A stretch of 64,000 bases of DNA. It comes from Bugula neritina. Taxonomy: Eukaryota; Animalia; Bryozoa. The position numbers and the translations under genes are program-made. How positions within the stretch are numbered: position 1 is the stretch's first letter; the number at the start of each line of letters is the position of its first letter. The notes under the pieces were generated by a model. It was not told where the DNA came from, did no database searches, and saw only the letters and a program-made list of their open reading frames with translations. This document shows, piece by piece, positions 56,601 to 64,000 of this stretch. Location: the NCBI GenBank assembly GCA_964035545.1, contig OZ037766.1, forward strand, positions 30,618,773 to 30,682,772, written 5' to 3'.

Positions 56601-59261
56601 CTATCAAATGGATTACGGTTAAATATGACAACATCTACCACTTTAGAGATTGTCACAATATTCAGTCCAATCTTTGACGCACCATTTAAAAACATACAGA
56701 TTGCATATTACACAGACAGTAACTTATAACTGATGCCTGCAAGCTTATTAAATGTCTTGATCAAACATCGGGAAGGGGGGACACAAATCGATTTAGCCTT
56801 CACTAGAATATATAGCTATCAGTTTTTTTTAGTAGATACTTCACATTTTAGTGAGATACCAAAATCAACCTCAATGCTGTAACCACTATATATTATTACT
56901 ATTATTTTAATTGCTTGTCAGAATGTTCATCAAATATTACAAATGCTCTTCCTTTTCCAACTAACCTAAAGTACAGGTTCTCAGACTGCTACCAAACACA
57001 GTTCCCCATTTTACCACATTCGTCCACTCTGTCTTCTGTCTATAGCAGTTGGTTATATTGACAGCAACATCACCATAGGAAATTTCTAAACAATACAATT
57101 AAATCATTTCTAAGTAAGCCATTATTATATCCAGAATGTTCCATTTAGAAATAGGTATGTGTCTGATTACCATGCAAGTGTTTGACTTACCAACTCTACA
57201 AAAATCCAACCAGTTCATGGTATATATAGTAATTAAATCTCAGATTTAGTATGGCATACATGTCAAATGTTTGAATATCTGAAGGCCATGCTTAGAAAGA
57301 CTTCAAGAACTAAGTTTTATTGCAATACAATGAACACCCCCAAACTATGTTATAGCCAGAACAAAAATAATGCATGCTTTCTTTGCCTTGCTTAAAAAAT
57401 TTTACCATCAGGCAAAATGGCTTATGAGAGCAAGAATTTCGGTATAAGGGTACAATTTACCAAACTTGTCAAACATAGAACAGCTTGGAGTATCTCATCC
57501 ACCTATAATTATATCACAGTTTTGTAGTATTAAAATGCATGTGATTTACGCATTGTCCTGTGTAATTAAATCTCAGATTTAGTATGACATACATGTCAAA
57601 TGTTTGAATATCTGAAGACCATGCTTAGAAAAACCTCAAGAACTAAGTTTTATTGCAATTTAATAAACATCCCCAAACTATGTTTTAACCAGAACAAAAA
57701 AGATTCTTTGCCTTGCTTAAAAAATTTTACCATCAGGCAAAATGGCTTATGAGAGCAAGAACTTCGGTATAAGGGTACAATTTACCAAACTTGTCCAACA
57801 TAGAATGGCTTGCAGTATCTCAACTATAAAGGAAAGTTAAAATGCATCTGCAACCTACACAGCACAATATATGAGAGATATTTAAACCAGTTCACTGTGT
57901 TTATGTCCAATTCTATCTCTGCACATCTCTATATCCCACAGAAAAGCTAATGGAGAAATTGCATAAACTTATAGTTGAAACTTATTTTTAACACTTTTAC
58001 AATGTATAGTAACGCAGTAAAACAGTGAAAATAAACACAATATATGGATATAACATACCGCGAAGTCTACTCAGTCCAATTCCTTGCGTCAGTGTACCAT
58101 AGTAAACTAGCTGTAGGGCAAATTCAGTAGGATGCAACTTTTTGCCACCAATTGTTGTGAGACTTGCCAAAGCAGGTGGCTTTGTGTCAAATCTAAATCT
58201 GCTGTTTGTTGCTATGAAAACTGAACGCGAAACGTCAACTATTGAATCTAGAAATGTTAACTTCGAGTCGTAGTAGAAGATGCTTGAATCAACATATACC
58301 CCACCGCCAACAATATATTTGCAGTGGCGGTAACGTCTTAGCAGATATTTATAAAATTGATTTCCATATCCACTATATATATTTCCATAAGGTTTCAGGT
58401 TTCTGTACGATCTCTCCAGGGTTCTGTTGGTCTGGCCTTGGCATACTTGACTTAAAAGCTCTGTAAATCGAATAAACATGCATATCTTACAACTAAAAAT
58501 ACATTTGTGTGCGGGGGGGGGGGTTATCCTCCCATATTTTGTTACTTGCGTAGAGGAATTATCTTTTCTTAAAAAGCTATTTTATCAGATATACTTACAA
58601 ACTTTGAAATTGCTACCCTGCCATCTGCTGGTTTCATCAGAATTGACGTTGCGACAAGCAGGTTTTTGAATTAATTTACTAGGCCTTAAAAAACACAAAA
58701 GCTGTTGGAATTCCAATGAAGTAAAGTGTTAAAATTTGATGAGATTGCTGCAGCAACTCTGGCGTACCACATGCACACTGTGACTGCAATCATTGTAAAT
58801 TTTCATGGGACTAGTTTCAATGCAATTTCATGTATATCAGTTTGAGCTCATGTAATTTTTTAATATGAAAAAGAAGAAATTTTGCTTTGAAATACAAGTG
58901 CAGTACACTTTTGCTTTATATAGCCTATGAAACCATGTTCATTTTTCGTCAAACTTTATAATAGTTAGCATTGATTGCTTCAATTTCAACTTTTATAGTC
59001 TTTTATAAAGACTAGCAGCATAAAAACAGTGATCACAATTTTATAACATAGTTTTCACTGTTTATCAAACATTCTACTTTTGTGTGTGTAAACCTTCACC
59101 AGGGTTTACATATTTGATTTTTTTACTTGATGTGTTGATAAACATCAAATATATGTTCATATAATGTTATCTAACTTACCTGAGAGCTCTTGGCCTTCAA
59201 CTGTAGCATGTAACACACAGCAGGTTATAAAGTATTTGAGTATGAAACTATATAAATTCAT
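44646..59261 (-). CDS. Paralog D: kinase-less EGFR-like/lectin-like/FN3/mucin receptor, 18 exons, about 1542 aa, longest stalk, short tail
   Basis: Exons 59180-59261, 58059-58460, 56966-57085, 56295-56479, 54966-55131, 54605-54844, 54116-54358, 53622-53846, 52434-52703, 51955-52161, 51199-51394, 50506-50693, 49991-50217, 48714-48850, 48414-48589, 47954-48088, 46577-47796, 44646-44855 (IAGAAFKFGSLKSKK...PKNEMYS*). Same phases as A; total 4629 nt. Confidence 0.88.
46038..46464. mobile_element. MITE family 2
   Basis: Colinear with 10948-11377, including the TIRs and the internal hairpin. Confidence 0.8.
46900..47775 (-). repeat. Coding 54-bp tandem repeat (PPQTTSTSTTSSSTTTTT), mucin stalk of paralog D
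   Basis: About 16 units in frame; homologous units at about 3775-4185 in paralog A. Confidence 0.93.
55733..55804 (+). pseudogene. tRNA-like sequence (tRNA-Gln-like 5' half), probable pseudogene or SINE head, copy 1
   Basis: ggtcccgtggtgtaatcgttagcac...cgggttcgattccc: A and B boxes present, but acceptor and anticodon stems are imperfect. Confidence 0.65.
55957..56029 (+). pseudogene. tRNA-like sequence, copy 2
   Basis: Near duplicate of copy 1, including about 20 bp of upstream flank; B box degenerate (ggttttattccc). Confidence 0.6.
57228..57822. repeat. Direct tandem duplication (about 270-bp homology, about 333-bp period) in paralog D intron 2
   Basis: gtaattaaatctcagatttagtatg...agtatctca occurs at about 57229 and about 57562. 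Confidence 0.9.
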
Positions 59262-59449
59262 AGTGATGTTAGTTTGACTATAGTCTATTATACTTATAGT
59301 AGCAGTATGTAGGAAGTTTACATTGGGGGCAACAATTAATTTTTCTAATATCTAAACTATTGTATACTATAATACACAATAATTATGTTCTGTTACGTAC
59401 TACAAACAGTTTAAATGTTTACAGAATCATTCAACAATAAACTTTTAGT

Positions 59450-59640
59450 GGCGTGTCTACGCAGGTGAGTAAATCTTGTAGTATATGAGTAATATGGCTG
59501 TTGACATGTGTAAGCAGGTGGATATAATTATACTATATAGTATGAGTAATATAGCTGTTGACATGTTTATACAGATAGATATACTGTGTAGTACCCATGA
59601 GTAATATGTGTAGCTGTTGACACTTGTAAGCAGGTGGATT
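59450..59640. repeat. Degenerate 60-bp minisatellite family upstream of paralog D
   Basis: Same gctgttgacatgtgtaagcaggtgga unit as 17040-17545. Confidence 0.8.
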
Positions 59641-61518
59641 TACAGATAAAAGTTGTAAAATTACTATCAGTAAGTACAATGTTGACAAGGAAGAGAAGGC
59701 TATAGAATAGTATGGATATGTATGCAGGAGAATAAAAGAGGAAGGCATAAAGAGTGTTAGTAGCAACAGTGTTGAAGGCAAAAAAGAAGGGGAAAACTCC
59801 GACATAAGATCATATATGAGACTAGGTGGATGGATTCATCACTTGTTTCATCTCATATAACTCTTCTATTATAGAGAAGTTAAATAGTGGGGATACACAA
59901 CCATGTATAATGCGTATTATTGTGGGGATGTAACTCCACATGCAATATGTACTATAGTGCTGGTAAATATGTATATGTAGGCTATTATAGTGTAGCTAAC
60001 CATGTATAATATGTATTATAAATTGGAGAAAAACCCATGTATAAAATATGATATATAACCATAATAATATAATATAATGCATTTATAAGGTAACCATGTA
60101 CATCATGTATCATAGAACTGGTGAAGATGTATATGTATTATAGAGTAGTGATTAATGTGTATTGTGCACTATTGTGGAGCCTTAACCTAGATGTAGTATG
60201 TATTATATTATTGGAGATAACCATTTATTATATGATGCATTTAATACACTTATAAAGCATAAAAACAATGTATCATATGTAGCAAAATATTCTATATATT
60301 TGCTGTTACGTTACAGTAGTATTTATTACAACACTTGGCAGCTAAACACAAGTACTTTTAGCTGCCATCTTCTCATGGGGAGACAATTACACAAAACAAG
60401 AAACTGTCTCAGAAATAAGACTTGATATTTTATTACAATTTATAATATCCTTTCATAGTTGAGAAAAATATGCAGATGTTATATATTTGTGCAAATATGC
60501 AGAACAGAGTTAGTGAAATATATGAAATGTTTGTGTGCTGCATCCTCGTATACAACAAATAAAAAAGAAATCTCATATTGAAAGAGCAGAGAACTACGTC
60601 ACTATCCAATCATATAGCCATCAAAATAGGAATTATAATTTTCGATAAAAGCAGAACATAAAATAAAATATATAATGCAAATTATTAAGATAGAATAATG
60701 AATGTTCAATACAGTAGATAAGTAGAATGTTGTAAAGATAAAAATTCTGAACCTGAATCAAAATTAGCTCATTGCAGATGGACACAACTATCATGAAATA
60801 TATTAGAAATAAATGAGTGAAATAAATGATATTTTCAAAACTAAAACCATGACTAAAATTATATACAAGTATATTATTTACTTGGAACCGACTATCAATT
60901 ACTAGGGTAAATCTCATGCTTTATACTACAGCCTTTGTGATTCAGAAACTATTTGCAGTTTTTCTAATGAAAGTAGAACTTTTATGGATAAGAGACACAT
61001 GAATTGTTCTTTAAACACTACCTCAGAATGCAAATCACAAATACCTCTAGAGTGATAATAATCATTGTGATAATAAACAACACCTCTAGATCACTAGTGA
61101 TAGTGATAATAAACTTTGTTTAGCTTAAAATTAAAACGAAAAGTTTTTAATAAGTAGAAGGAAACAATTTACAAAAATAGAAATAGTGGAGCTAGCACAA
61201 GCAAGGCTAACCAGCGCTCACCATCTAATAAACGGAGTAAAGCTGTATGGGCATCAAATATAATGTAAAGGCACTTTAAAGTAATTTAAACTTGAGGCAG
61301 GGTGAGTTTTACTAATCAGATCTAGATAGTGAGCTGGCAGTTTGATGAGTGACTCCAAATTGCAAGAGGTAAATCTATTAAGTATATAGTTGAAAGCATC
61401 TAGGTACAGCTCTGTTGGGAATTCATGGGAATACCCAAACAGTGGTGTAGACTAAGAGGGGGGGGTCGAGGGGGTCCGCTGCTGAAGACGGCGCTGAATG
61501 AGACTGATACAGGAGTCG

Positions 61519-64000
61519 CTACAACACTTCGTCAATGAGGGGGGACAGGACAGGGTTGAGCTCAGCTTTCCCGGCATACAGGAGTCGTCTCATCATCTCA
61601 CTGTGCTCTCTGAGATCGGGCAGAATAAGTAGAGTCTCGGCTAACTTACCGGGAGATTTGGGATGGTTCTTGTTCAGCGTGTATTGAAGCAGCTAAAAAT
61701 AACATCGATATAATGAGAATAAAACTCAATAGAAAAACATGAACTAAATGATACCAGCTAATAGTAAAGTATGTTTGATTTTCTAATTTTATGTTTGTAA
61801 GTGACCAATCAGTGCTGCTCTCACACAAACAACCAATCAGCACTGCTCTCACACAGATAACCAATCAGCACTGCTCTCACACAAACAACCAATCAGCACT
61901 GCTCTCACAAACACTGAACTCCAATCCATTCTGCTTTCACCTGGCATGGTAAGAAGGAAACAGTTTCATGACTTATGTCTAGAAATAGGTAAGAAGTAAG
62001 ACACCTGTAACATGTCATCTTGTAGCGATTCCACCTTAGCTGGTTCTTCCAACCCTTCGCGGTCGGCTGATAGAACTATGAAAGCTATGAGCACATTTAC
62101 ATCTTCTAGTGTGTAGTTTGCTTTGAGCAGTCTAGCCATGATTCTGTAACGGAGAGTAGAAGAATTACAACTGCTATCATCTCATGACTGAACACATATA
62201 GTACGTCTGAGTGCTCTGTATCTATAGACTTCATTGTAGTCTGGTTTCTTACTGGGTAGTCAAATGACTTATTGAAACAATTATGAGGCAATTGGTATCA
62301 AGTAACCCAACAATATAACGAAATACATGCTTAAAACTTGTTCTAGTTTTCCTGGCTCAATCACAGTTGTTAGAAGCTGATCACACCATATATGAAGAGA
62401 CTAACAGTCATTCCCTATGATAGAAATCGGTGAAAAATTAGCATCAAAAAATAATTTATTAGAATTTCTTAGCAAGCAAAAAGTAAAAATCTAAATGTAT
62501 AGCTTCCCTAGATGTTCTATAAATAGTATCTGAATGACACAGTACACAGAAATATCCCAGCTATACTTGTGTGTTATGCCTATAGTACTATTTTTCATAC
62601 ATACTTACATGTTATGTTCGTCATTAAACTTAGTAGTGAAAGCACCATGAGGGAACATGTTGATGGGTGTCAGTACCAATTCCTTGGTCTGTTCGCAGAA
62701 CATGCAAATCAGGTGCTTGTCAATCCGGCAGGATGGATGACTATAAATGTGCCAATAAAATATAACGTATTACGTTACACAGTACTATTAATATATCATA
62801 TTACATTGTTTGCACCATGGCAACCTGTATAGTTGTAAGCTTGCATCTGCACACAATATGCTTACAGAGCTGTTTGAGGAAAACTATTGTCATAACTTAC
62901 ATAAGGCATACTAGTCATTAATCAACTGTCCATCCCAAAGCTAATCAGAGGCAGAATAAAGTGCATTTTTATTCATTATAAATAAAAACAAACCTTCAAG
63001 TTGACAAATATTTTTTCATGCCACCAAATTAAGGGAATTTCACAAGAGCTCAGCCACAAAATGCAATCATGCTGTTTGACAGATTGCCAGGTTGATATGA
63101 TTGGACAGAAACGTTAATGCTTCCACCTAATTAACCACGTATTTGCTGTGACATGATAAATTTAAATACGTCTTCTCAATCTATTTTCACATGCATGAGT
63201 CACAGCATGTCTTACAATTTTAAAAAAAAATGACAAAAGTTTGATTATATATTATATATATATCATATATTACATAAGAGGGCAGACAACTCACGCCATG
63301 ATCGTAGACACCTCTACCCGAGCTCCTTTCAGCAGAATTATCCTGTCATTCAGGAGGAGATCATTGAAGCCGGGAAGTTGTTTTGCGAACTTTGTCAGCT
63401 CTACGAACAGGATCTCTGCCACCATCATCCAGTTCTCCCAAAGAAGGTTCACGGCTCTAACATCCTTCCAGGTTTGACCTTCACCTTCAAGGATAAACGG
63501 CGTGGAGTGATGTACTCCGTTACTAGTGGGCGAAACCTGACTGTCTTCGGGTACCTGGGCCGGATCCAAGGCCGGAGTGTCAGATATGTTCAACGAAAAG
63601 GGAATACATTCTCGACTCTTTAGTGATGGAGGTAGTTGGTTGGCCAGGTGGGCAGAAGTGGCAGCATTTATTGCGGCTGCAGCGCGCTTCAATTCGACAG
63701 CATCCGACAGGTTGTCGCAGAAACTCTTGAAGAGCTGTTGACCAGTAGGTCCCGGGGCGTATATCGGGTGATTGGGAATTATGTCCCCTGGACAGTGCTC
63801 TTCCACAAGCTTATCTATTCGATTATATATCTCCTCTTTCTGTGCCATGAATGAATTCATTTCAGGAAAATATTCGGCTGAAAGCTGATTTATGAGTTTT
63901 AGTTTCTCTTCTAGAAACGTAGTGTTGGCGGGAGACGGTGAGCGCACTTGGGGTTCAGTTTTGACGGTCACTTCCTCTCCCTTGATTTCCTTCGTGTACT
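61519..64000 (-). CDS. Nuclear hormone receptor (NR1-like), hinge and ligand-binding domain; 5' part outside window
   Basis: Exons 63312->64000 (LBD signature FAKQLPGFNDLLLNDRIILLK), 62805-62824 (20-nt micro-exon, inferred), 62609-62740, 62005-62143 (VLSADREGLEEPAKVESLQ), 61519-61692 (LLILPDLRE...AF-2-like SPLIDEVL*). No zinc-finger DNA-binding domain in the window, so the subfamily is not assigned. Confidence 0.88.
61804..61910. repeat. 28-bp tandem repeat x4 (accaatcagcactgctctcacacaaaca) in the last nuclear receptor intron
   Basis: Direct inspection. Confidence 0.9.

Noticed and set aside
59533-61500. Short hydrophobic ORFs between paralog D and the nuclear receptor
   Set aside because: AT-rich low-complexity or UTR sequence with no recognisable motifs or splice support.

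Overview
AT-rich, intron-containing animal (probably invertebrate) genomic DNA. About 59 kb of the window is a head-to-tail tandem array on the minus strand: four complete paralogous genes (A 2616-16872, B 18492-29848, C 31787-43579, D 44646-59261) plus the 5' end of a fifth, more divergent one (E, 90-1992, running off the left edge). I spliced all of them by hand; GT-AG boundaries and exon phases match across copies. Each encodes a type I membrane protein of about 1200-1540 aa: signal peptide - EGFR-like L1 - furin-like CR1 interrupted by two galactose-binding/F-type-lectin-like domains - L2 - partial CR2 - FN3-like domain resembling insulin receptor FnIII-1 - Ser/Thr mucin stalk - TM - cytoplasmic tail with NO kinase. 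The tails differ strongly between copies: long and YxxP/YSSI-repeat-rich in A and B, short in C and D. The right end holds the 3' exons (hinge and ligand-binding domain) of an NR1-like nuclear receptor. Introns carry a tRNA-Thr-derived SINE (7 copies), two MITE families, a pair of tRNA-like sequences, a perfect 112-bp palindrome and many micro/minisatellites. All domain assignments come from motif recognition by eye, not from database searches.
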